Below are positions 20,068 through 29,948 of a stretch of DNA of 64,000 nucleotides, piece after piece. The DNA comes from an uncultured Chloroflexia bacterium (GTDB lineage: Bacteria; Chloroflexota; Anaerolineae; CG2-30-64-16): assembly GCA_963774265.1 (NCBI GenBank), contig CAVZDU010000007.1, positions 224,001-288,000 of the forward strand. The letters are read 5' to 3'. Each line of letters starts with the position of its first letter. The stretch's first letter is position 1. The position numbers and the translations under genes were made by a program. Under the pieces are notes generated by a model, which saw only the letters and a list, made by a program, of their open reading frames with translations, was not told the DNA's origin and did no database searches.

Positions 20068-20931
20068 ATGGCGACGGCGACGATCTCTCCATATGCACGC
20101 ACCGGCTGGCAGAAGAGACTCCCGAGGTTCTGGCAGTACCTCATCCTGTCCGTGGTCGTGGTGCTCATCCTCCTGCCCATCGTGATCCTGATTTTCGGAT
20201 CACTGAAGACGCGCGGCGAAATGTATTCACGCCCTTACACCCTGCCGGTTCCACCGCGCTGGGAAAATTACGGCAAGATTCTGAGCATGGCCACATTTTG
20301 GACCATGCTGCGCAACAGCCTCCTGGTGATGCTGGGAGCAACAGGGGGTGTGGTGCTTGCATGCAGCCTGGCCGCCTTCGTGTTCGCCCGTATGGAGTTT
20401 CGGGGGAAGGCCCTGGCTTTCAATCTGCTCACCGTGGGCATCATGTTTCCCATCAACGTGGCCATATTGCCCGTCTTTCTGGTGCTGCGCCAGATGGGCT
20501 TGCTTAATAATCTGTGGGGCATTATCCTGGTCCAGGTTGCCTTCCAGATCTCCGGCAACATCCTGATTCTGCGCGGCTTTTTTGCCTCGATCCCGGTTGA
20601 GTTGCAGGATGCTGCGTACATAGATGGCTGCACCACGTTTGACTTCTTCTGGCGCATCCTGCTCCCGTTGGCGCGTCCGGCGCTATCGGCGGTCGCCGCA
20701 TTGACCATGGTTGTCAGTTGGAATGACTTGCTCGTGCCCCTGGTTGTGGTAGACAAGGATAAACTTTGGACCTTGCCGCTGGGCACCATGCAGTTCCAGG
20801 GCCAATATGGTCAGGACTTGAATATGGTTGCGGCCTTCGTCACCCTGTCCGCGGTGCCCGCGATCCTCTTCTATATTTTCGCGGAACGACAGATTGTGTC
20901 CGGCTTGACCGCCGGTGCGCTCAAGGGATAA
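20068..20931 (+). CDS. Carbohydrate ABC transporter permease
   Basis: ELQDAAYIDGC, SWNDLL, TLPLG, GLTAGALKG. Confidence 0.95.
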   Translation: MATATISPYARTGWQKRLPRFWQYLILSVVVVLILLPIVILIFGSLKTRGEMYSRPYTLPVPPRWENYGKILSMATFWTMLRNSLLVMLGATGGVVLACSLAAFVFARMEFRGKALAFNLLTVGIMFPINVAILPVFLVLRQMGLLNNLWGIILVQVAFQISGNILILRGFFASIPVELQDAAYIDGCTTFDFFWRILLPLARPALSAVAALTMVVSWNDLLVPLVVVDKDKLWTLPLGTMQFQGQYGQDLNMVAAFVTLSAVPAILFYIFAERQIVSGLTAGALKG

Positions 20932-20941
20932 GGCCATTCCC

Positions 20942-22240
20942 GTGAAGCTCTACGCCACGCTCGCTGTCCTGCTCGTTCTTTCTTCTTCTCTGACAAGCTG
21001 CATCCCGGTCCAGGTGGCTCCGTCAGCCCCCAGCAGACAGGACGCCGCCGAACCTGCGATCACGCCCAGTCCGCCGACTCCCGCGCCGGCCGTGGTGGGT
21101 GCTTTCACTTCGGGGCGTTACCGCAATCTATTCAAGGAACTGCTGAATAGGAGCGATGCTGACACCCAGGCCAAAATCGACGCTGCCTGGGAACAACTCT
21201 TCTATGGCAATGACGACACTCAGCGCGTCTATTACCCTGTCGGAACGGATATGGCCTATATCATGGACATCGGCAACAGCGATGTGCGTTCCGAGGGGAT
21301 GTCCTACGGCATGATGATTGCGGTCCAGTTGGACAAGAAAGAGGAATTTGATCGCCTCTGGAAGTGGGCTAAGACCTACATGTATCAAAAAGAGGGGCCG
21401 TACCGGGGCTATTTCGCCTGGCACTGCAAGCCGAGCGGCGAACAGATTCACGGCAACCCGGCCTCTGACGGGGAAGAGTGGCTCGCGATGGCGCTGCTGT
21501 TTGCGTCGGGGCGCTGGGGCAACGGCGGCATCTTTGACTATCGCGCAGAAGCGCAAGCCATTCTCGACATCATGCTGCATAAGCACGAGCAGAAAAGCGA
21601 TCTGGCGACCGACATGTTTGACGCCACGACCAGGCAAGTCGTTTTTGTGCCGACGATCGGTAAGAATTCGAGCTTCACCGATCCGTCGTATCACTTGCCG
21701 GCTTACTACGAGCTGTGGGCGCGGTGGGCCGACAAGGACAACGAGTTCTGGCAGCAGGCGGTTCAAGCCAGCCGCGAGTTTTTCAGGAAGGCCGCGCATG
21801 CCCAGACAGGATTGATGCCCGATTACGCGGGCTTTGATGGCACGCCGACCGGCGGCGAGCACGAGGATTTCCGATTCGACGCGTTTCGCGCTGCATCGAA
21901 CGTGGCCGTGGATTACGCCTGGTTCGCCGCGGACCCGTGGCAGGTCGAGCAGAGCAGCCGGCTCCTCGACTTCTTTGCAGGCCAAGGGATTAACGGCTAT
22001 GTTAATCAGTATACTCTCGACGGCAAGCCGCTGTCCTCGGACCGCTCCACCGGCTTGATTGCGATGAACGCCGTCGCCGCGCTGGCTGCCACGACAGGTC
22101 AGGCGCCCACGTTTGTGGAGGCGCTCTGGGACGTGCAAATCCCATCCGGCAGGTGGCGCTACTATGACGGTTTGTTGTATGCCCTGGCCCTGTTACACGT
22201 CAGCGGCAACTTTCGCATCTATCCGCCCCAAGGGAATTAG
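20942..22240 (+). CDS. GH8 xylanase / reducing-end exo-oligoxylanase-like lipoprotein
   Basis: Lipobox LTSC; DVRSEGMSYGM, PASDGEEW, FTDPSYH, FRFDAFR, RYYDGLLY. Confidence 0.88.
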   Translation: MKLYATLAVLLVLSSSLTSCIPVQVAPSAPSRQDAAEPAITPSPPTPAPAVVGAFTSGRYRNLFKELLNRSDADTQAKIDAAWEQLFYGNDDTQRVYYPVGTDMAYIMDIGNSDVRSEGMSYGMMIAVQLDKKEEFDRLWKWAKTYMYQKEGPYRGYFAWHCKPSGEQIHGNPASDGEEWLAMALLFASGRWGNGGIFDYRAEAQAILDIMLHKHEQKSDLATDMFDATTRQVVFVPTIGKNSSFTDPSYHLPAYYELWARWADKDNEFWQQAVQASREFFRKAAHAQTGLMPDYAGFDGTPTGGEHEDFRFDAFRAASNVAVDYAWFAADPWQVEQSSRLLDFFAGQGINGYVNQYTLDGKPLSSDRSTGLIAMNAVAALAATTGQAPTFVEALWDVQIPSGRWRYYDGLLYALALLHVSGNFRIYPPQGN

Positions 22241-22269
22241 AGACGCCCCGGCCATTGGGAGAGCCAACT

Positions 22270-24848
22270 ATGCCTACTGAGACATCTTCCCTCACCCCAA
22301 CCCCAGCTTACAGCGATGCCACCCGGTCCATTGAGGAGCGCGTAGACGACCTCATCTCCAGGATGACCCTGGAGGAGAAGATCTCGCAGATGGTCCACGA
22401 TGCGCCCGCGATCGAGCGTCTGGGCATCCCCGCCTACGGCTGGTGGAATGAGTGCCTGCACGGCGTCGCCCGCGCGGGCATCGCCACGGTTTTTCCGCAG
22501 GCCATCGGCATGGCAGCCACGTGGGACGTCAAGCTGATGGCTGAGGTGGCCGACGCCATCTCGGACGAAGCGCGTGCCAAGCACCACGAATCTCTGCGCC
22601 GCGGGGTGCGCCAACTTTACACCGGCCTCACCTTCTGGTCGCCGAACGTCAACATCTTCCGCGACCCACGCTGGGGCCGCGGGCAGGAGACCTACGGCGA
22701 GGACCCGTACCTGAGCGCGATCATGGGTGTGACGTTCGTCAAAGGGCTGCAGGGCGAGGATCCGGAGACCCTCAAGGTGGTCGCCACCCCGAAGCACTTC
22801 GCGGTTCACAGCGGCCCCGAGAGCGACCGGCATCACTTCGATGCAGCCGTGAGCGAGCGCGACCTGCGGGAAACCTACCTGCCCGCGTTCGAGGCGTGCG
22901 TCGTGGCGGGGAAGGCGGCTTCGGTGATGGGCGCGTACAACCGCCTCAACGGCGAGCCGTGCTGCGCCAGTCCGACGCTGCTGCAGAAGATCCTGCGTGA
23001 GGAGTGGGGCTTCCGGGGCTATGTGGCGTCCGATTGTTGGGCCATCAACGACATTTTTGGCGGGCACGGCCTGGTGAAGTCGGCCGCTGAGGCGTCGGCG
23101 CTGGCAGTCAAGATGGGATGCGACCTGGAATGCGGCTGCACGTACCCGGCGCTGCTCGACGCGGTCCGGCAGGGCTTGATCGACGAGGCCGCCATCGACC
23201 GGGCCGTGGCGCTCCTGTTCACGGCACGGTTCCGCCTGGGCATGTTCGACCCGCCCGAGCAGGTGCGGTACGGGAGGATCCCCTTCGAGGTCAACGACTC
23301 GCCGGCGCATCGCACCCTGGCCCTGCAGGCCGCACGGGAATCGATCGTGCTGCTCAAGAATGAGCCTGCCCTGGCCGGGATCCCCGGCAGCCGCTGCTGC
23401 CGCTTGGGAAAGGTCTCAAGTCCATCGCGGTCATCGGGCCGGACGCAGACGACCTGGCCGTGCTGCTGGGCAACTATTGCGGGACGCCGTCGGCCGCGGT
23501 CACGCCGCTGGAGGGGATCCGCCGCAAGGTGGCGCCGGGCACCGTGGTCTATCATGCGCAGGGCTGCGAGATCGCGCCCGGTGTGCCGCCGCTGCAGGTG
23601 GTGCCGTCCGAGTATCTTCGCCCGACGGGTGGGCGCACCGGACACGGGCTGGCCGGAACCTACTTCCGCGACCACCGTTTTTCCGATGTGGCCTTTGGCC
23701 GCGTTGATCCCCTCGTGGACTTCATGTGGCGCGATGCCTCGCCCCTGGGCGGATACGGCACCGAGCCCTTCGCCGCGCGCTGGACGGGTGCGCTCATCCC
23801 GCCGGTTTCGGGGGCATATCAATTAGGCGTGCGGGCTTCGAGCGGCTTCAGCCTGTGGCTGGACGGCCGCGAGCTGCTTGACTTCGCAGCTCATGACCAC
23901 GAGACGTTCACCCGGACGGCTTCGGTCGAGCTGGAAGGGGGGCGGCTGTACGAGGTGCGCCTGGACTACATTAACGCGGGCCGCGATCCGAAAGTGCAGC
24001 TCCTGTGGGCCGTCCCGGGCTACGATTATGCCGCCGAGGCGCTGCGGGCCGCGGAGAAGGCGGAGGTCGTGGTGATGGTCATGGGGTTGTCGCCCAGCCT
24101 GGAGGGCGAGGACATGCCGGTGTACGTGGCGGGGTTCGCGGGCGGCGATCGCACGGACATTGCCCTGCCGGCCACCCAGGAGGCGCTGCTCCGGCAGATC
24201 CATGCACTGGGCAAGCCGGTGGTGCTGGTGCTGATGGGGGGCAGCGCACTGGCGGTCAACTGGGCGGACAGCCACGTGCCGGCCATCCTGTGTGCGTGGT
24301 ATCCCGGCGAGGAGGGGGGCGCGGCCATCGCGGATGTGTTGTTTGGAGACTATAATCCCGTGGGCCGGCTGCCGGTCACGTTTTACAAGTCGGTCGATCA
24401 GCTGCCGCCGTTCGACGACTATAACATGGCCGGCCGCACCTATCGCTACATGACGGAGGAGCCGCTCTACCCGTTCGGCTTCGGGCGGAGTTATACGGCC
24501 TTCGAGTACAGCGACCTGCGCATCAGCCCGTCCTCCATAGGGCCCGGCGGCGCGGTGCAGGTGGCTGTGGATGTGGCGAACGTGGGCGAGGTGGCCGGCG
24601 ACGAGGTCGTGCAGCTTTACATAAGTTTTGAAAATTCCACGGTCAGCCGGCCGATTAAAGAGCTCAAGGGCTTCGAGCGCATCTCCCTTGCGGCGGGCGA
24701 GCGGCGCACCGTGACCTTCACCCTCCCCGCGTCGCAGTTGCGGTATTGGGGCGGCGACGGGTGGGTGCTTGAGCCTGGGACGGTGGCGGTGCAGGTGGGC
24801 AGCTCCTCGCGCGATATCCGGGTGGCGGGGAAGGTGGAGGTCGGATAG
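22270..24848 (+). CDS. GH3 beta-xylosidase/beta-glucosidase with PA14 insert and FN3-like C-terminus, frameshift near 23390
   Basis: WWNECLHGV, WSPNVNIFRDPRWGRGQETYGED, KHFAVH, SDCWA, GRTYRY, PFGFG. Confidence 0.93.
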
Positions 24849-24860
24849 CGCCTCATCGTT

Positions 24861-24893
24861 AGGAGCCGGGCACCTCCGAGGTGCCCGGCTCCT
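24861..24893. terminator. 16-bp perfect inverted repeat between convergent genes (terminator or REP-like)
   Basis: AGGAGCCGGGCACCTC-C-GAGGTGCCCGGCTCCT. Confidence 0.7.
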
Positions 24894-24926
24894 GGATCAA
24901 GTTACTGGAAACCGGCCCCGCGGCTG

Positions 24927-26987
24927 TTACGGTTCCACGGTTCCCAGGACCAGGCCGAAGACGAAGGCGCCGGTGCGGCTGTAGTTGCCTAACGGCTGGC
25001 TGCTCGTATCCAGCGGCACGACGGCATAGAAACAGGTGTTGCCCGCCGCCGTCAGATCGGCAGTCGGGTCAGGGAAGCCCAGATCTTCAGGCGGCGCGGT
25101 TGGCGGCGTGGATGGCGTCACGTCATCCAACCAGGTGGCCGCGTCCGGTGCGAAGTAGGGCGCGGTCAGGCTACGGTGGACCTCGTAGTGGGCCACCGCC
25201 ACCGCCCGGTGCGTCCAGTCGAGTTTAGCGTAATTGCCTGACCCGGAGATGGTGACGTCGTTGACGCGCACGGTGAAGTGGGCGGTGACGGACCTGTCCC
25301 CGTCCATCGTCACCTGGCACGCGCCCGCGCCCGCGCACACGCCGCTCCAGTGGTCGAACACACAGCCTGCCGCGGGCTCAGCCGTGACATCGACAATGGT
25401 GTGTTGGTTTGGCGTATGGACGCCCGCCGTCGGGAGGGTGGCGCCGCCGCCGGGGGGGTCCGCGGCCACCGTCAAACGATAGGTCAGCGCCGCCGGCGTG
25501 ATGGCGTAGGTGTAGGCGGGTACTGTGGCGCCGGTTTTGATGTAATCCACCGTCGTCTGCCCGGGTCCGACCGTGATTTTCAAGCGGCCGTACGTTTGAG
25601 TGGCATCGGCCCAGATCGTATATCCACTGTTCGTCGTATAGATGCCGAAATTGCCGGTAAAACTGCCTATGGGGACTGACTGATAGACGACGCCATCTCT
25701 CTTTTCATAAGCATACTGATGATCGTGGCCGTGGAAAAAACCGCTGACGTCGTTCGCGACTAACATCTGGTGGATCGGCTTGCTTCCCCAGCCGCTGGTT
25801 GCGGGTCGTTTCGTAGTCCACTCATTCGCAGTGCCGGCTTCGTTGAATCCACCCCACTCGACCAGGTGGGTCGGATTGGCACCGCCCCGGACGTAATCGT
25901 CCGAGCCGCCGGTCATGTGGTGGGCGAAGATGAACTTGTACCTGGCCGAGCTGCCTTCGAGAGTCGTCTCCAGCCAGTTGTCTTGCACCACGCCCAGGGT
26001 CCAGTCCCAGCGATCGCCGGTTCACGCGTAGGGTTCACCGCCTCCAGTCGTTCCGACGAACGGTTTGTTCATCGTGTACCAGTAGGGGTCGATCATGACA
26101 AAGAGCGCGTTGCCCCACGTCCAGGCGTAGTAGTCCTCACGAAAGTGGTCGCCAGAAAGGTGGGCATAGGGATCAGTATTGCCGGTGTAGAAGGCATCCG
26201 GCACAGGATTTGGGAAGTATTTCTTCTGGGCGTTGGCGCCGATGACGGGCGGGGCAAGAGTGGGATCGGTCGTATCGTCCAGGTGCCGGCCTTCCGGCTG
26301 CTCGTGGTTGCCCGGGGCCAGGAAGATCGCAGCCGAAGCGCTGGCAAGATTGAAGAATTGATATTGGAATCTGTAGTTCGTCTCAGCGGTCGTAACCGTG
26401 GCGACGTTGTCCATCGCAATTGTGTCGCCGAGATCGATCAGGAAGTCAGGATGGTCGCTGGCAACACCCGTCATGGTCTGCGTCCACCTGGTGGGGTCGC
26501 CCAGCATGATGTTTACATGGGAATCGGAGGTCACGTCGAACGTGAAGGGACTGCCCTGAGCCCTCTGGGTATGGAAAGAATATTCGGGCCTCTGCACCCA
26601 CGTGGTCCCGTCCGTGCTGTATTGCATCCGGTAGTAGTACGGCGTGTTTGCCGCCAGGCCGTCGATGACGACCACCTTGGGCTGGCCGGCAGTTGCAGTG
26701 GTCGTGGCGGTCTGCCCCGTGTACGCCCCCGGCATTGTGCCGTGTTGGTAGAAGAGCGAGATGGCCGCGGCCGGCAGGACGGAGACCGTGATCGATGTGT
26801 CTTTGGGTCGGCCGAGGAGTTCTTTCCCTGTGAAGGTGATTTCGGCAGTCTCCGCGCTGGCGGCTGATCCTACCACGAGTGAGAGGAGGATGGCCAGGAT
26901 CGTGAAGACGCGGCCAAACCTCGCAGAAGAAGCGTACGGAAGCGTGTGGGTCCACTGCTTCCTCGGCGGCAGTTGGCTCCCGGACAT
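24927..26987 (-). CDS. Secreted metallophosphoesterase (purple acid phosphatase-like N-domain, calcineurin-like domain, InlB-B-repeat-like and C-terminal beta domains), frameshifts near 25990-26025
   Basis: GGAGG RBS; signal peptide; SDSH, DLGD, PGNHE, FAHH, FHGHDH; FDHWSG.C.G.G.C.VTMDGD repeat domain. Confidence 0.8.
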
Positions 26988-27245
26988 GTTTTCCTCCTGT
27001 GAACTGACGGATATTCCGGAAGAGGAAAATAGCGCATTTCTAGACAAGTACACTATACCAAATGTGACAGGAACAAGGCAACGCGCCGGGCCAGCAGAGT
27101 GTGCGATAAGTGGACCCCTCTCCACTGCACTCCGGGTGATGGTCGCTCACTTCTCGTTGACCCGCCACCCGCTTGGGCTTACAATGAGGGCCTGACGAGA
27201 CGTTCCTGGAACTTCACTACAACATCTATGCGAGGACTGTAGACC

Positions 27246-28650
27246 ATGACCCTTTCCACTGGTAGTCGACCGGTCGAGCTGAAGATCGCGTACATCGGCG
27301 GCGGAAGCCGCGAGTGGGCGCGGAAGCTCATGTTCGACCTGGCGCTCTGCCCCGACCTGGCCGGGCAGGTGGCGCTTTATGATATCGATGTGCCTTCGGC
27401 AAGGCTCAATGAGGCGCTGGGCAACTGGCTCCAGGAGCAGCCCGGCGTCGTATCCGCCTGGCGCTATACTGCGGTCGAGCGGCTGGAGGAAGCGCTGCGC
27501 GGGGCGGACTTCGTGGTGCTCTCGATCCAGCCCGGCACGCTGGAGTGTATGGCCGAGGAAATCGCCCTCGCCGAGCGGCACGGGATGTTCTTCCCCGTGG
27601 GCGACACGACCGGCGCGCCAGGGCTGGTGCGCGGGCTGCGCGCGGCCACGATCTACGCAGGCTTCGCACAAGCCATCGACGCGATCTGCCCGCGCGTGGG
27701 TGATCAACTACACCAATCCCATGACGATTTGCACGCGCACGCTGACCCGCGTCGCGCCGGGGCTGAAGGTCTTTGGCTGCTGTCACGAGGTGTTCGCCAC
27801 CCAGGCGATGCTCGCAAAGCTGGCCGGCAAGGCCCTGGCGGTCGAGACCCCGCGCCGCGATGAGATTCACGTCAACGTGACGGGCATCAACCATTTCACC
27901 TGGATCGACCGCGCCTCCTATCGCGACGTGGACCTCCTGGCGCTTCTGCAGCATCACATCGGAGAGCCGGGCGTGCTCCGGCCCTACACGCGGGAGGAAG
28001 TCGAGAGCTGGGGCAGCTGGTTTCACAGCGCCGAACAGGTCAAGTTTACGCTTTTTCAGCGGTTCGGCCTCCTGGCTGCCGCGGGCGACCGCCACCTGGT
28101 CGAGTTCCTGCCGGGCTTCATCCGCTCGCCGGAGGAGCTCTACCGCTGGGGGGTCATCCGTACGCCGGTGGCCTGGCGCATCGGCCGCTGGCGGGACGCG
28201 CCCGGCAAGACGCGCGACCTGATGGCCGGCCGGGAGCCGCTGCGGCTGGAGCCGTCGGACGAGGAAGGGGTCAGGCAGATCCGGGCGTTGCTCGGCTTGG
28301 AAGACCTGGTCACCAACGTGAATACGGCAAATCGGGGCCAGGTGGAGAATCTGCCGCGCGATGTGGTGGTGGAGACCAACGCCCGTTTCAGCCGCGACGA
28401 AGTACGGCCGCTGGCCGCGGGCGCCTTGCCTCCCGGCCTGCAGCCCCTGATCGCCCGGCACGTGGCCAATCAGGAGCTCATCGTCGAGGCCAGCCTGGCC
28501 CGGGATCGAGACCTGGCTTTCCAGGCGGTCCTGGGCGACCCGACCAACCGGCTGCCCCTGGATGAGGCCTGGACCATGTTCCTTGAGATGCTGGAGGCCA
28601 GCCGCGAGTTCCTGCCGGGTTGGCCGAGCGCCGGGCCGGCGCTTGAATAG
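27246..28650 (+). CDS. GH4 alpha-galacturonidase (LplD-like), frameshift near 27690
   Basis: KIAYIGGGSREWA, VGDTTGAPG, WVINYTNPM, FGCCHEV, GINHFTW, AAGDRHLVEF. Confidence 0.85.
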
Positions 28651-28675
28651 GGCGCCAACCGTATTCGACGTGCGA

Positions 28676-29833
28676 TCAGGCCAGCCGCTCCCGGAGCCAG
28701 GCAAAGGCGGCGGCCTGCATCTCTATATCGAACCTGTGTGGGCCGGGATAGAACTGGCCTGTGTAGGCTTCGGGGTGGCCCACGCCCGTGAAGTGGCCGG
28801 CCAGCCGGGCATCGGCTGCCCTCATGCCGGGTTCAGTGAAGAGGTCATCTCCCAGCAGGTACTGCACCAGTAGCGGCGACGGCGCTCGGCAGGCCGCCAG
28901 GTCGGGCCAGTCACCGTGCCGCGACCACCCGAACGGAAACAGCATCCAGGTGTGCGACGATATGTTCTGGTCGAGCAAGCCCTCATACGTGGTCATCAGC
29001 CCCACGATGGCCGCGGCCGCGATGCCATTGTGGGTGGCGTTGAGCAGCGCCGCCCGGTTCCCGCCACCGGAAAGCCCCAGGCAGCCTACCCGGTCGGGGC
29101 GCACGTCGGCCCGCGATAGAAGGTAGTTGACCGCAATCCGGTCTTCATGGCTGACGACTCCGGCCAGGTTGGTCCCCAGGACATTGCAATATTTGGATAC
29201 GGTGTGTTCGTGCAAACCCGCTGCAGCGTTGTATTCCGCGATGTCCGGCGGCGCACCCCAGGCGGGATCGCTGCCGGCCTGCAATAAAGCACGGCCCCCG
29301 GCGCGCACCTCCGCGGGCAGCGTCTCCAGCGGAAAGCGCCGGCTGCCCCACAGAAAGGCATCGGGCGCCAGGACGACGAAGCCTGCGGCTGCCGCGGCAT
29401 TGGCCCAGGCCCTGCCGCCGTAGTACTGCTCGCGGTACCGCGCCAGCACGTCCGGGGGCTTGTCAGGGCCATCCGTGATGGCTCCATCGGCTATTTTCTC
29501 CTTGCCGTAATACTTGAACGCGCCGTGGTCGTGCAAGGCTACCAGGGCGGGCAGAGGTCCCCGGGCATGGGCCGGCTTGAGGAGGTAGGCGTGCGTGCGG
29601 GGTCCGTAACTCACCGACCAGGAAAGCTCCTCGCCGGCCAGATCCCCGCGTTCCCAGCGCCGTTCCACGCGGACGTCCAGCGGCATCTCGGGCCCCCGGC
29701 AGAACCCCAGGGCCTCGCGCACCAGCGCTTGTGTCCCTGGGCCGGGCGCCGCAAGAGGATAGAGCGGACCTTGCCGCCGCGCCTCGTCTACCAGGTCACT
29801 GAAGATGCCGAGATGTGTGTAGTGCTGTGTCAT
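28676..29833 (-). CDS. Alpha/beta hydrolase (dienelactone hydrolase/carbohydrate esterase-like)
   Basis: ALHDHGAFKYYGKEK, nucleophile elbow GLSGGG, YPGPHRF. Confidence 0.8.
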   Translation of the reverse strand: MTQHYTHLGIFSDLVDEARRQGPLYPLAAPGPGTQALVREALGFCRGPEMPLDVRVERRWERGDLAGEELSWSVSYGPRTHAYLLKPAHARGPLPALVALHDHGAFKYYGKEKIADGAITDGPDKPPDVLARYREQYYGGRAWANAAAAAGFVVLAPDAFLWGSRRFPLETLPAEVRAGGRALLQAGSDPAWGAPPDIAEYNAAAGLHEHTVSKYCNVLGTNLAGVVSHEDRIAVNYLLSRADVRPDRVGCLGLSGGGNRAALLNATHNGIAAAAIVGLMTTYEGLLDQNISSHTWMLFPFGWSRHGDWPDLAACRAPSPLLVQYLLGDDLFTEPGMRAADARLAGHFTGVGHPEAYTGQFYPGPHRFDIEMQAAAFAWLRERLA

Positions 29834-29885
29834 GCTCTGGTCTCCGTTTCAGGTGGGGGCGGTGCGCTCTCCGATAACCTCGTTG

Positions 29886-29894
29886 TGGTATAAT
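29886..29894 (+). promoter_or_regulatory. Extended -10 element of the hybrid regulator gene
   Basis: TGgTATAAT about 55 nt upstream of ATG 29949. Confidence 0.6.
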
Positions 29895-29948
29895 CGTGGC
29901 ATCATATATCGGCAGCTTGCCGGGGGCAAATGCCGATTGAGTTTTCCT

